DNA of 64,000 nt, from positions 1,087,908 to 1,151,907 of the forward strand of contig JAWQFM010000023.1 in the NCBI GenBank assembly GCA_033442325.1, written 5' to 3'. The position numbers were made by a program, and so were the translations under genes. Origin of the DNA: Salpingoeca rosetta. Lineage: Eukaryota > Protista > Choanoflagellata. The notes under the pieces were generated by a model. It did no database searches, was not told the origin of the DNA, and saw only the letters and a list, made by a program, of their open reading frames with translations. Shown here piece after piece: positions 1 through 14,754 of the stretch. Within the stretch, counting starts at the first letter, position 1. Each line of letters begins with the position of its first letter.

Positions 1-143
<143 letters not shown>

Positions 144-235
144 CATCACAAATTGCCCGTGCACGGTCGGCGGTTATCGCGCGACACAACACAAGACAGC
201 AACACACGCACGCACCATTTCCAACAGCAACGACG

Positions 236-1235
236 ATGATGATGACAGCGAGGTGCTCGGATGTGTATGGACGAGAACGCACGCTTGCCAAAGGTAATGG
301 GAGAAGAGGAGGGTGAGAGCGAGAACCCCTTGCACCATGCGTCACACACACACAGCGCATGCACTTTTGGACGCTGACGTGTGTGCTTGCCCCTTGTTCC
401 ATCTCACGTTGTCTGCTCCACATGTTGTGGGTCGGACACAACCATTGTTGCAGCGGCCTTTGGCGTCGTGCTGGAGGCCACCCACAACGTGACAGAGGAG
501 CATGTCGCTATCAAGCGGCTGTGCTGCACCACCGCGTCCCGCCTCGCGCGGGCACACCGCGAGGCCCAGGCGCTCCTGCGACTGCAGCACGACCACATTG
601 TCCGCCTCCTGGATGTGTTTGTAGAGGCAGACGGCACCGACGACGCCGATGGCGCTCGGGACGCAGATGCGATAAGCGGCGACAACGGTGACGGCAGCAA
701 AGATGGTGCCGAGGATAGCACACACAGCGCGCAGGGCATGGCGAGACGAGGGAGCAGCAGAGCAGCAATGACGGCAAGGGCGCCACAGCAGCCAGCACCA
801 GCACCCGGCGTGCAAGTGAGCCTGGTGATGGAGCGGATGGAACACAGCCTGGCGAGCGTGCTGTCTCAGTTCTACGAGCGTGGTGAAGCAGTGCCAAGCG
901 CACATGTACAGTACTGGGCACACCAGCTCTTCACTGCGCTCGACTACTTGCACGCGTCCCACATTGTCCACAGGGATCTCAAACCGCACAACATCCTCGT
1001 CAACTCCAGCACCACCTGCACCCTCAAGATATGCGACTTTGGTGCGTGAGTGAGGGTTTCACCTTCGTGCGTATGTATATGTGTACATGTATATACATGT
1101 GTGTACATGTGTGTACATATGTGTACATGTGTATGGGTGTTTGTGTGAACGTGTTTGGTGAGGTGCATACGTTAGACATTTCTTGGTGCTGTTGATGATG
1201 CGCGCACGAAGCTTCTACTTCACATACACACACAC

Positions 1236-1274
<39 letters not shown>

Positions 1275-2376
1275 ATCATTGCAGGGCTGGCGTGTGTGGC
1301 TGACAGCGAGAGCGCGCCTTTGTTTCGAGAGGATGCTGGTACGCGGTGGTACCAGGCACCGGAAGGGCTGCTCATCCCCAACTGCCGCATGCCCTCACTT
1401 GACTTGTGGGCAGCAGGGTGCATATTGGCAGAGATCCTTGAGTGCCGCCCGCTGTTTCCGGGCCGCCACCAGCTCGACCAACTGCGTCTCGTCGTGCGTG
1501 GCGTTGGTCTGCCGTCATCTCCGCTCCCCTGGCTGCCGCAGGAGACAGTCGCCATGTGTGAGCGGGAGTTTGGTGGTCGTCGCGGCCGCAGTGGCGGCGG
1601 TCTCGATGCCTTGCTGCCGCACACGCGTCGTGACGCGCGTGATGTCGTTGAGCGGCTGTTGCGGTTTGACCCGAGCCTGCGCGCATCTGCACGCGATATC
1701 CTTGGGCACCCGTACTTCTTCGACCTCCCTCGCCCGGAGCCGTCAATGGTGCGACGTCGCGTGTCATTGCGTGGTGTGGTGCAATGTGATGTGCTTGGGC
1801 TCTGTTGGCTCGCAGTGTGTTGTTACCTTCGTTCATGCAGCCAGGATGTTTGTATTACAGCTGTATTACAGCTGTATGCAACTGTATGCACACGCTTTGC
1901 ACTTGTACGCACACACTTTGCTTTCCCCGCCCACCACCACCACCACCACCACCACCACCACCACCACCACCACCACCACCACCACCACCACCACCACCAC
2001 CTTCAGCCGGCGTCCATTGCACCACAAGACCTCGAAGTCGACGATCCCTCATTGTGCGTCAGAATTGAGACACCTGCACCGTTCTGTTTCACGCGTCAAG
2101 CCATGCGTCTCCACCTCACCCACCCACACACCCACCCACACACCCACCCACACACACCCACACACACCCACACACACCCACACACACAAACAAACACACA
2201 CACACACACACACAACACACACACACACACACACACTCACATACACACGCATACACACGCAAACACACACATTGCACATTTGCAGAATGGAGCACAACCT
2301 GCGTGCGATTGCCGGCTGGCTCGCACAGCAGCACTCGACCCAGGAACCCGACACCATCAGCAGTGCATGCAGTTGA
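236..2376 (+). CDS. MAPK-like CMGC Ser/Thr protein kinase, atypical (5 exons: ~236-293, 454-1041, 1285-1748, 2007-~2054, 2286-2376)
   Basis: Spliced translation gives AFGVV, VAIKRL, HRDLKPHNILV, KICDFG|LA, TRWYQAPE, DLWAAGCILAE, PLFPGRHQLDQL, LLRFDPSLRASA..L.HPYF. GT-AG boundaries at 294/453, 1042/1284, 1749/2006. Start and last two exons are less certain. Confidence 0.88.
1931..2001. repeat. (CCA)n trinucleotide microsatellite in kinase intron 3
   Basis: Pure CCA run just upstream of the acceptor cttcag at 2006. Confidence 0.95.
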
Positions 2377-2946
2377 CGTGCGCTGCTGCTTATGTTGCAT
2401 GGTACATGATTACATGCATGTTATGCCGTATGTTGCATGTTGTCACCACTCAAGACTTCAGCCGCACTTCTTGTTGTGCCTTTGCGTTGTTGCTAATTGA
2501 TGGCGTGTTCACGTGTTACATCATGTACAGCCACTCTCTTTAAATTCGCTTTATTCTTCCCTTGTTCGCCACATGTGCACACTTGTGCCTTTCACGTTAT
2601 TACCAACATGTAGTTGTCGCTTCCGCGCCTTGTGCATTGCTATTCTTTCGTTTACTTGTGTGTACGTCTCCGTGTGCTCGTGAGGACACGTGAATGTCTT
2701 GTGTACAGGTAGCGGGTGGCCAATGCATGCAAGCAAAGCCAGCAAGTGAAATGAACCGACCTTGGTTGGATAAGAGTAAAACCAACAAAACCAACACACA
2801 ATCGCCAACAACAACTACATTGTCAACACGGTTGCACATTCAACACCAAGAACCACACCCCCCCCCCCCATCACCATCACCATCACCATCACCATCACCA
2901 CCAGCCCATTAACGCAATACGATGCCATGTGATGCGGTGAGCGTGT

Positions 2947-3947
2947 TCACCATGTGGCCGTGTGGTCTGCAAAGGCAGCCGGCGTGACGTCGAAAACAGT
3001 CTTGGATGCAGACTGCACAACAGCGAGAGCGCTGCACTTGGCGCGCAACCGCTTCGTGCATATGTCTGGCATCATCTTCACCATCAGCTCAAGCTCTACC
3101 AGGAACGGGCAGTCCATGAGGATGGCCTGCGGGTGACAGGAAAGGAGGAGGAGGACGAGGAGGAGGGGTTTGGTTGGGTGAGTCAGTGAGGGGTGGGAGG
3201 GGTTGAAGGGGTGGGGACAGGGAATGCTGGGTCAAAAGGCAACGGAAAAACGGAATGACAAACGGAATGACAAACAAACAAACAAACAAACAAACAAACA
3301 AACAAACAAACAAACAAACAAACAAACAAACGAACAAACGAACAAACGAACAAACAAACAAACGAACAAACAAACAAACAAACAAACAAACAATCAAACA
3401 AACAAACCCACTGGCACTGACCGCAAATGCGGCCTTGAAAGGGGCCTCGTTCTCCGGCTGCGCGTCATGCAGAAATCGCTTGAGGCGACGCTGCATATCG
3501 CGGAAGAAGAGCGGTGTCAGTGTCGTGTGGCGCTTGAACTCGTCCCAGTAGCGCGGCGGGTCGAGGTCTGGCAGCGACGTGGCGGCGGCGGTGGTGGTGG
3601 CAAAGGGGGAGAGGGACGAGGAGGAGGTGGCAGAGGCAAGCATGCCCGGCACCACAATCACCTGTCGTGTATTGGAATGGGGAGTGAGCAAGGGCATGAA
3701 AAAGGATTGAATTCTTCTGTTGCACAACGCACACAGATAGACAGACAGGTAGACAGACGGACGGACGGACGGACGGACACAGAGACAGACAGACAGACAG
3801 AGACAGACAGACAGACAGAGAGACACAGACAGACACACGCACACACACAGACATACACACACGCGCACACACGCACACACACGCGGACACAGACAGACAG
3901 ATAGACAAACGGACACACAGACACACACGCACGCACACACACACACG

Positions 3948-4002
<55 letters not shown>

Positions 4003-5720
4003 TACCGCGCCAACCACGCGAGTGCTTACGTTGTGGAAGACGGGTTCGCAGTATTTCTCGTCGCCTGCTGCCGGCATGTAGTGTTCGCCGAGAATGCGAC
4101 AGGCGCCAAACGAGGAGATGGTTCGCATGCGTTCTTTCGCTTCGTCGGTGGACAGCAAGAGCAGCTGGTCGTCGTGCTGCGTCTGCAGTGCACACAACTG
4201 CGCCCGCCACGCACACGTGCGCGCATCGCTCGGCGCTCCGGCCTTCAGGAAGTGCGAAGCCGCGTCAGCAAGCGTCTGTGGAGAAACGCAAAGCACGAAT
4301 GAAAAGGCGGAAGCGTTGGTGGAGGTGGATGATGGTAAGGATGCTGATGGGTCCATGAGGACAAAGTGGGTTGTCTTGTTGCGTTCCTACATCATCACCT
4401 GCCACACAGTGATCCACAACATGGCATCTCACACCAACCAACCAACCAACCAACCACGCAAGCAACCAACCACGCAACCAAGCAAGCAACCAACCACGCA
4501 ACCAAGCAAGTCACCGTGCACTTCAGCGTCATGTGTCACTCGCACCTCCGTGCACATGATGAGGGCGTCCACAAAGTCTGGCGAGTCCATTTTGTCTGGC
4601 ACAAAGTCGCTTAGAATGCGATCAGCCTTGTCCATGAGCATGGCGCCCAGGTCCGCAGAAACATCGAAGAAGATTGGCAATATCTCCTGTAGTTCTGCCT
4701 TGTAGTGACTGCGGGGCTGCCGGTCCAGGAAATCGCGCAGAAACGACTGAAAGTCAAGCTTCGTCTGCTCATCAAGATGGCTCATGCCCTGTCGTGCGCG
4801 TGTGCGTTTGTTTGTATGTGAGTTAGGGAGTGAGTGAGGGAGAGTGAGTGCACAGGTACAGCTGACCATCGATGAGACGGACAGTGAAGTGTGCATGTAC
4901 AAATGTGTTTACAATGTGCACACATGCGTGTCCGCGTGTACGCGTGTGGGCACGTGCTTTTGAAAGGCATGGCATGACCCGAGTCGACAGTAAACACACC
5001 CGCCGTAGGAGCTGCTCAAAGTGCTGCGTGCGGTAAAGATGAGCGATGATGAACTCAAACTCGCGAATGTTCCGGACGCTCACGAGGAACTGGCACAGCC
5101 CAAGCACGTTGCCTATCACGGATGAAGGGAGCGACAAGCATTAAGGGGATGAGATGGTGGTGTTAGGGGAGAAGTGACATGACGCGTGTCGGGGGTGGAG
5201 CAAAGTGAAAAAAGACAACAAAAGAAGCACAACCACATCCATACACCCCCCCCCCCAACACACGCATACAGATGCACACAGACACAGACACACACAGACA
5301 CACACAGACACAGACACACACACACACAACCACGCACACCCAGACACCCACCCCGACACACACCCAGACACACACACAGACACGCACACCCCAAACACAC
5401 ACGCACACACAGAAACAGAAGCCGACACCCCGACCGACAGACAGACACCCCCCCCCCCCGCCTTGGTACCTTCGGCGGGGAAGGTGTGGACCTGGTCGTT
5501 GAGGAGAGATCGGAACTCCTGCAGAACGTCCATATAGCAAAAGCCAGCGAAACACGTGTACGCGCGCCGCAGCACCTCAAGCTGTCGGCGATGCACCACA
5601 GGGGAAGGATACATTGATGAAGGGGAAGGGATGAGGTGACGAGAGAAGAACAGTCGTGACACCGTGCACTTGAACTCCACAATGTCATAACAGCTGATGT
5701 GTACAGCGAACAGGCGGGCC

Positions 5721-5770
<50 letters not shown>

Positions 5771-5929
5771 TGAACACGCGCACACACATACACCTGCACA
5801 CATGTGCCCACCTGCGCTTCTGCCAGTAGCGGCGACTCCTTTGATCGCTCTAAGATGATGGGAGTGCGCGGTGGGATGGAAAGAAATAAGTCAGATGAAT
5901 GAGACACAAAATGCCAGCCACACTTAAAC

Positions 5930-5983
<54 letters not shown>

Positions 5984-6180
5984 NNNNNNNNNNNNNNNNN
6001 NNNNNNNNNNNNNNNNNNNNNNNNNNNNNNNNNNNNNNNNNNNNNNNNNNNNNNNNNNNNNNNNNNNNNNNNNNNNNNNNNNNNNNNNNNNNNNNNNNNN
6101 NNNNNNNNNNNNNNNNNNNNNNNNNNNNNNNNNNNNNNNNNNNNNNNNNNNNNNNNNNNCGACGAACGACGACGACGAAC

Positions 6181-6224
<44 letters not shown>

Positions 6225-9200
6225 CACACACACGCACGCACACACCATCCGACCTTGAGGGCTTCCTGGCTGAAGAACGACTGCAGCGGCATGCACAACT
6301 TCTTGGCCATGCGGTAGTTTGCAAGAATGCGGGCAACGCAGGCCGAAGCGAGCGTTGCAGCCGACACCAATGCCTGCAGGCAATGCTCCACGTCGCCCTC
6401 CTTGAAGCTCAGCCCCAAGTGCTCTTCTGCAAGCGGATGCGCCTCATCCGGGGTCCACGTTTCCTGTTCCGGAGCGAAAACAAGCATTACATATCATGGT
6501 TCACACCACGTGAGTTAAGTCGCACTTGTGATTAACTCGGAAATCGAAACACATACGCAGACACACAAACAGACAAACAGACAAGGCAGACAGATGCACA
6601 CACTCACACACACCCACACACACCCACAAACCCACCCACACCCACACCCACACACCCACACACACCCACACACACACACAGACAGACAGACAGACACACA
6701 CACACACACACACACAAACACGCAACATAACATATCCCCCGATCCTCAACCCCACTTCGGCGCCACTGACCCATGCGAGGTAGACACTGAGCTGAGCGGC
6801 GACAATGGCCGGGTGGTAGAAGTTGAAGAGCATGCACAGGTGTGCTGCACGACCAACACTGCCCCGCCGCAACAGTACCTGCAGGAACAAGTGGAACGCG
6901 CGCTCTTGTGACTCTGGCACCCGAGCCACCGCCTCGTCCTCATCGTCATCTTCATCGTAGCCGTTGGATGAGCGAGCGAGCAGACGCGACGGGCACTTGA
7001 AGTGTGCAGGGTTCTTGTCTGCCTGCGCCTCTTCGCCACGCCACCCGCGCTTGCCAATCGTCTCGTTCTCGTCAATTGGCACAATCGGTGGCTCCCCGCT
7101 CGTGTTGTTGATGACATATGTCTGCACCTCCAGGCGCCGCTGCCACAGCATCACCTCAATGGACCGGAGCGCTGATCGCATCTTGTGGTGCGAGCGTGGC
7201 AGCAGCGTCAGCCCCGTGTCGAGCAGCAGGGCCTCGTCCGCCGCCTTTGTGATGCCGCTCACGCGCGTCGCGTACGGGAGGTGCGGCTCAGCAACGCCAA
7301 AGGCAGCCGACACGAGGCTCACAAAGAAGAGGGCTTTGGTGCGCGCATCAACGCTGTGTCGCTCAAAGTGATGCAGGCACTCCGTTACAATGGCACGCGA
7401 CAGGCTGTCATCACGCTTGTTCTCCTCGTGGACAGACCCCGTCTTGATGTCAACCTCCTTCTTCGCAATCTCGTACGCCTGCGCCACGTCAACAGCGGCC
7501 GTGCCCAGACCAGCGCGGATCGCGCGTGCGCGTGCATCGACAAAGTCACCAGCAGCAATGGCCTCCCGCACAGCCGCATCCGCTGTGCGCGGCGATGATG
7601 GCTTGTCCGTGTCTGCCCCGTCTTGCTGGTTCGGGTGCACGCGCTTGTGCAGGTGCTGGTCGGCGATTGGGAAATTGCTTGCACGCAACGCCGCCGCCAG
7701 GATCTCACGCGCGCGCAGAGATGTGGGGGTGCTGTGGCGCGTGGTGCGTTGTGCGTTGTGTTGACACGCGTAGGCGGGTGAGACAGAGGTGAGAGAGAGT
7801 GTGTGTGCGTGTGTGTGTGTATGCGTGTGTGCGTGTGTGTGCGTGGGTATGCGTGTGTAAGTGCATGTGCGTGTGTGTCGATGTGTACAGCGCTGATGTT
7901 GGGGCTGTCATTGTACAGAAGCACGTTCGTTCAGGCTGCGAAGCAAGACACCAGCACATGGCCCGCCCTTCTTCCCTTGCTCCCCTCTCGTCCTCATTTC
8001 AACGCACTGCTTGAAGAACGCGAGGAAGAGGGCATCCCACGTCCCCTTGGTGGTGCCGGCTTTCACCTCCTCATGCAAGACGGCTGTGGCACTCCGCTCA
8101 GCGTGCTTGTGGGCAAGGTCGATGGCCTTCACCACAGGCTTGAACGCCTGCTCTGCAAATAGGCCGAGCGCATCCTGTGGAATCGAGATGGTGGAAAGGG
8201 GTGCGGGGTGGGGTCAGCACGACGCGTGAGCGGCGGTGTAAGCGGGTGAATGTGTTGGCAAGCAGGCAAGAATGCGAAGAATCCTTGGCCGAAACACATC
8301 CGTACACGTACACAAGGGTAGACACAAGGACAGACACACACATACACAGACACACAGACACACAGACACACACACAAACACACAAACACGCACGCACGCA
8401 CACACACACACAAACACACACACACACACACACAAAAACACGCAAGCACAGAGACACAGAGACGTACAACACACAAACACAGGGCACATGCCTGCAAAGG
8501 ATTGAGGAATCCAAGCCTGATATAGAGGACAATGGCTTCCTTGCAGAGTGAGAAGCCACGCTCGCTGTCGATGTGAAGGTGGCACACACCGTTTGCTTCG
8601 CACACAATGTCGGCCTCAATGCTCGCCAGCTGCGCACTGAGCGGCACGTGCCCGATACTGTGCAGCTTTGTCAACAGCCAGACCAGCAGGCACGTGTACG
8701 TGAGGTTGCTGCCGTAGCACGTGGCGAGCAGCGCCATTGTCGGGCACCGCTGACGAAACGCGAGGGCAAGGAGGACTTCGGGGATGGACGCAGAGCACGA
8801 CTGGGTTGCGTCACGTGCGAGCTGAAGAAAGTCGACGAGGTGGAGGCCGTTGCCTGCATCGTCGCTGGCACCGTCAGGGATGGTGTAATGCGGGTGTGCA
8901 ACCATTGTCTGCGCGGCGGCAGTCGTGGGTGTGTCGGGCTGGGTGTGTACCACCTTGTACAGCATGGCACGCACGTGCTCCTTTGTTGTCCCGGCATTCA
9001 TTTGCTGCTGCACCACGTCAATCACCTGAGAGGGCAACAACGACAACACAGCGATGCGTATGAAACCCAAGCAAATGGTGGAGAATGTAAGCTGGTAGAG
9101 AGGGTGGTGTTCGGTGTTGGTGACAGTTGATGTTGGTAATGTTGGCCTTGATGTGAACAAGGAAAGCAACACCACGCCGTGACCACGCATTGCCCGTCCA

Positions 9201-10243
9201 CACAAAATACACTGCACACGCACGTGCTGTGGCTGAACAGAGTAGAACTGCGCGTATGCAGTGAGGAACAGCCACTGGTTGTCCGCATCCACATATCCAA
9301 GGAAGTCGGGCCTGGAAGAGGACGCGTGTGCGTTGTGTGTGCGTTGTGTGTGCGTATATGAGTGTGTCGAAAGGGGTCAACCATGTCTTATGCACTTGCA
9401 GTACGACTGCAATTGCGTCATGCACTCGTGCGCGGTGGTCTGTGTGCGCGCGCGTGCATGTAACACTGTGTGCAGACCAGACTGCGATGTAAAACGTACA
9501 CAAAGACGACGCCGTGTCTGCGTGCAATCATCAGCACCAGATCCCAGGTCTCAATCACATCTGCGGGCGTCTGAATCGACGACGACGATGGGGATGACAG
9601 TGATGATGGTGATGATGAGAGGTCTGGCTCGTACACCCGGTGTCCGCCGCGCTTGCTCTCCAAGATGATCTGCGTGGCGCGAGAGAGTGCAGCGAGGTAC
9701 TGCCCGGCGCGGTGGCGGTGCACTGTGGAGTAGGGATGGGGGACACGAAGAGGAAGGATGGATGGGTGGCTTGAGCGATGGCGCTTCGAGAGGCAAGGGG
9801 GGGGGGAGGGGGGGGCGAGGGAACATGGTTTCACATTGAGCCAACACGAATCAGAGCACCCACTGTGTCTCACGTTGTGTGTCTGTGTTGTGTGCGAGCC
9901 ATTCTCGAAAGAGACTTGTCATGAGCGAGGACTGGTCCTGGGAAAGGACATTGCTGCTGCCGATGCTGTTGCAGTGGACAATAGGAACAAAAGGGTAAGA
10001 GGGTGCCAACGGAGGTGAAAGTTGCATTGGAACCCTGGCACAAGGTTTGAACATGCTGCAACAAGCAAAGCCACACCCATATATGTGTTGCCTGCAGGCA
10101 TACCTGCTCGTCTTATGGCTTGTTCTTGTCTGGATCAGGCGCTGGGCGGCTTGTACGTCTTGCCGGAGATATGTGGCAACATCCTTGACACGAAGTGCAC
10201 GCGATCATGATCGTGGTGTAGGTTGGTGTCAACACAGGCACAA

Positions 10244-10274
<31 letters not shown>

Positions 10275-10530
10275 GGCAGTGAAGTCACACGTCACCAGGA
10301 ATACACAAGGTTACACAGGCATGTGAACATATTGAACACAGACATGTTGCAAAATGTTCACCTCGCGCTCGAGCCGACTCAGGAAGGACAGCGCCGCGCT
10401 GAAACCAAAACATGAAAGCGTGGAGGAGGATGTGGGTCACATGGTGATGTTGGGGAAAAGGGAAAGGGTGGTCGTGATGCATGCTAGGATCCTGTGTACA
10501 CCACACACGTGGTGTGTTTGTACCACAAAG

Positions 10531-10592
<62 letters not shown>

Positions 10593-11377
10593 GACACGCA
10601 TCGACACAAACACACAAACAAGTCAAGAAACACGCAAAAAACAAAAAACAAATGTAAAGTCTGCAAAGGAAGCGGTGACTTACGCAACACAAGGCAGGTG
10701 CATCGGCCGTGTCATGACAGCTGCGTAGATGCGCGTGGTCGCGTCTGGCGTGAGGTGCCCCCTCTCCTCACGATCAAACAGTTGCATTGCAAATAGCGGG
10801 CGCCCTTGCTCGATGTAGAACACAAAGTCGAGGCTGTCTTCCAGCGCATGTGACCGCAGTTCCGGGGAATCAAACGCAGGCAGCGCCCTGCGCACGAACC
10901 AATGGCGTGCACCACCACTGATACTGCTGTTGCTATTGTTGCTGTTGACGTCGTCCTGGCTGACGACACGGTCGGTTGTGTGCGCGGGTGTTCGCGCGAG
11001 CCAGGCAAACACGGCGCGTGCATGTGTGCCCGTTGCATTTTGTAGCAACTTGAGGAGCAGGTCACCGTCGGCCGGCGTTGGTGTTGTTGGATTCATGGCG
11101 CGCAACAGCAGCTGCACATCCTCAGCACCTGGGAATGATTTTTTGTATGGCAGCACGTGCATTCAAGTCTATGGATGAGACAAAGTTGATGAAGAGAATA
11201 CTGCGACACAAGTACAATACCGTTGACACAGATGGATGCACAAACACACACCCCAAGTCATGCACACCCCAAGTCACACACACCCACACATACACACCCA
11301 CATCCACATCCACATCCACATCCACACACACGCACACACACCCACCCACACACCCACGCATGCAAGGCACACACACG

Positions 11378-11469
<92 letters not shown>

Positions 11470-11927
11470 CAGGCAATTGCTTCATGGCGCAACACAGCAC
11501 CGCACCTTCTGCCGCCTGCAGGGCGCCGGGATCAAAGGCGGAAAGCATGAGCAGCGATGGCAGGCAGTTGTTACGCATCAGCCGGTGACACAATTCAGGT
11601 GTCGTCTCTGGCTCGTCCACATCCTCGTCAAAGACGGGTGCGGGCGCGTGTGTGCTGATGGTTTCGTTGGCCGGCGTTGTTGGTGCTGCAGGGGTGCCCG
11701 AATTGGAGGCAGCAGCAGCAGCTTTGGCGCTGATGATGAAGAAGTCGAAGATGAAGCGTGAGGAGAGACGTCGCAACAGCAATGGAGGAGAGGGGGGTTC
11801 AGGATCTCATGAAAACACACATAAAAACGCGGTGCTCGTGCACACAGACACACACAGACACATACAGACACACAGGCACACACACAGAGACACACACACA
11901 CACACAGACACACACACAGACACACAC

Positions 11928-11962
<35 letters not shown>

Positions 11963-12870
11963 CACACACACACACACACACACACACGAAAGAGGCGCGC
12001 ACCTGAGCTGGACCTGCAAGTAACGTGTCATGTCCTCTGCTGAGTTGAGATCAATGAAGTTGACGCCCTCAAGCGGGGAATTGCGCTCCCACCGCCACCC
12101 GTTCGTCCGAGACAGCAGCAGCGCAAGCAACTATGAGGTGCATCCGTGGTAGTGAGCGGAGGTGGTGGTGGATGGCGTGAGGGTGAGACAAGGCGGCGAG
12201 TGCAACAGCAGCATGGGATAAATGCAATGGCAGCATGGCAGCATGGGGCTGGGGTGATGGGCGTATTGTTGCGCCGTTGTATCAACGAGCGTGAACATGG
12301 TGAAATGCACAACACACCTGGAAGTTGTTGTCTGTGACGACTGCAGCGATGTGCCGCTTCACTGCATCCAGCGCTGTTGCCGGCAACACCGTGGATAGGC
12401 GCCTGTGTGTCAAACAACATGCATGAATGCACGCAAGCGACGGGAGCACGTGTGCGACGAGGGCATGTGTACGATGAACAACGTCAACGCAAGTGATGAG
12501 CGATAGGACTGCGGGATGACAACATCTGCAGGCGCAGACACATGAACATTGCTGCATTTAAGCTCGCTGTCCCTCACGGCATTGACCACCAGACAAGAAT
12601 ATACCAGGCAACACCACCCCGACCACGCACGTGTCTGCCAGGACGTTGCCGCTTCTCCAGATCTGTCGCGTGAGTGTGCGCACGTCACGATCAGATGCGA
12701 GCGTGTATGCGAGGCCAAACAGGCCGGCGCCGTGGAAGCCCTTCTCCGCTTGCAGACCTACATGACGTCACATGCGGGAGAGGGCGTTGTGAGTAAAGTG
12801 AGGGAGATGAATCGTTCGTGCGTTTCCTGTTAAATCTGTCAACGACACAAACACACACGCATACACATAG

Positions 12871-12909
<39 letters not shown>

Positions 12910-14710
12910 TACGCCACACACACACACACACATACGTACAAACACACACACAAACATACAAACACACACACAAACACACAGACACACAAACACACATACG
13001 CACACAGACAGGTAGACAGACAGACAGACACAAACACACACACTCACGTGAGTATGTGTCCATGCCGTCAAGAAGCGACGTGATGTCGTCTTCTGTCACC
13101 TCGTGCGCCTCACACGCGGCACGGAGCGGCGCTGTGAAGAAGGCAAACCGCTCGTGCCTGCAGGCATCGCGCACCACCCGCCAGTAGGACAGCATCGTGT
13201 CCGTGTCCACCTCCCCCAGTGCAAGCACCTGGTGCGACGTCAGTAGCGCCTCGGCTCGCAGGCGATCGACGCCATCATCGGACATGCGGTCCAGAAAGTC
13301 GAGGCGGACTTGACTGTACAGTGGCGATTGCACGGACGCAGCGGCAGATGGAGGCAGGTCATCATCGCCAGCGCTCCACCACTCGGCATCCGGCTCTGTG
13401 TCTGTCAGCGTGCGCAGGCGAAACTCAAACCTGGCGGAAGCAGCGTTGGCGGCGGCGTTGCTGCTGTTGTCGTTGCTGTTGGCGTCGAGTTTGTCTTTGG
13501 CGCCAGTGGCTTTGTCACCAGTGGCTGGGGTGCGCTCCCGTTGTGCCGTTGAGGCAGCAAGCATTGACGCAAAGTGCAGCACAAACAGCAGCTGTGGCAG
13601 TTCCTGCTGCTTCCTGCGTTGTACCCCCGCCACCTCTGTGCTCGCACACGGATACATCGCCTCAATGTCCCGCGCAATTGCCATCGTCGCCTCCTGTTGC
13701 CCACAGACAGCGATGTGGTCGCAGTGGTTGACGTGCGTGTGTGTGTAAGTGTGTGAGTGCGTGTGAGTGCGTGTGAGTGCGTGTGTGTGAATGTGTGAAT
13801 GTGAGTGCGTGTGAATGTGTGCGTGCGTCTGTGCGTGTCCATGTGTGCGAGTCTTTGTGTGTTTGCATACAAATCTGAACACAGAAGAAAAATACGGGTG
13901 TAGCCGTGTCGGGCTTGCATCGTTCACATCAAGCAGTGTCACCGACCAAGGCCAGTGTCTCGTGTGGGGCGTTGTCAACAAGTTGCTGCCACAATCGTTC
14001 CCGCACGTCGCTTTCGAGTGTCGTGCGCACAATCTCAGCAAAACACCCATACGGCTCCTGCGCAAGGTGACGGACAGGATACATGATGCGTGAGCGTCAG
14101 GTAATATGATTACAGGTACAGGGCAACAGATACACAACTTGTTGCACAGACACAGACACAGACACAGACACACAGACACAAACATGCACACACACACACA
14201 CAGACACAGACACACACACACGCAAGCACACGCACGCATACGCAAGCACACGCACGCATACGCACGCACACAACCGCAGACGTACAATGCCAGCGCTGCT
14301 GAGGTAGGTGGCTGCAAGCTGCGTGTGTGCGCGGCGGACGGCGGCGTACGCGGCAGCGAGGGCGTGGTGCTGTGTGTTGGCGATGCTGTGCAGGGCGGGA
14401 TCAAGCCTGTTGGCAGCAAGGTAGACCTGCGCATGAAGCAGCCGGTTGCACTTGAGCGCATGCGCAATGATGGCGGCAGGATCCGCCTGGTGGAAGAGAT
14501 GAAGGGTAGAGAGGGGGTGATGGAGGAGAAGGAAGTTGAGGTGCGGGCGGAAAGCGGGGGGGGGGGGCAACGTGAGTTTGGGTATTGGGCACAGGGGTGG
14601 AGGCAGGCATTGCGGCTGAACGTGAAGGATTGGAGAATGGGTTGGCGCGGGGTACGGGGGAAAGCAGATACAGCAAGATGCACAGGTGGAACACAGCAAT
14701 TCTACTGTGT

Positions 14711-14754
<44 letters not shown>

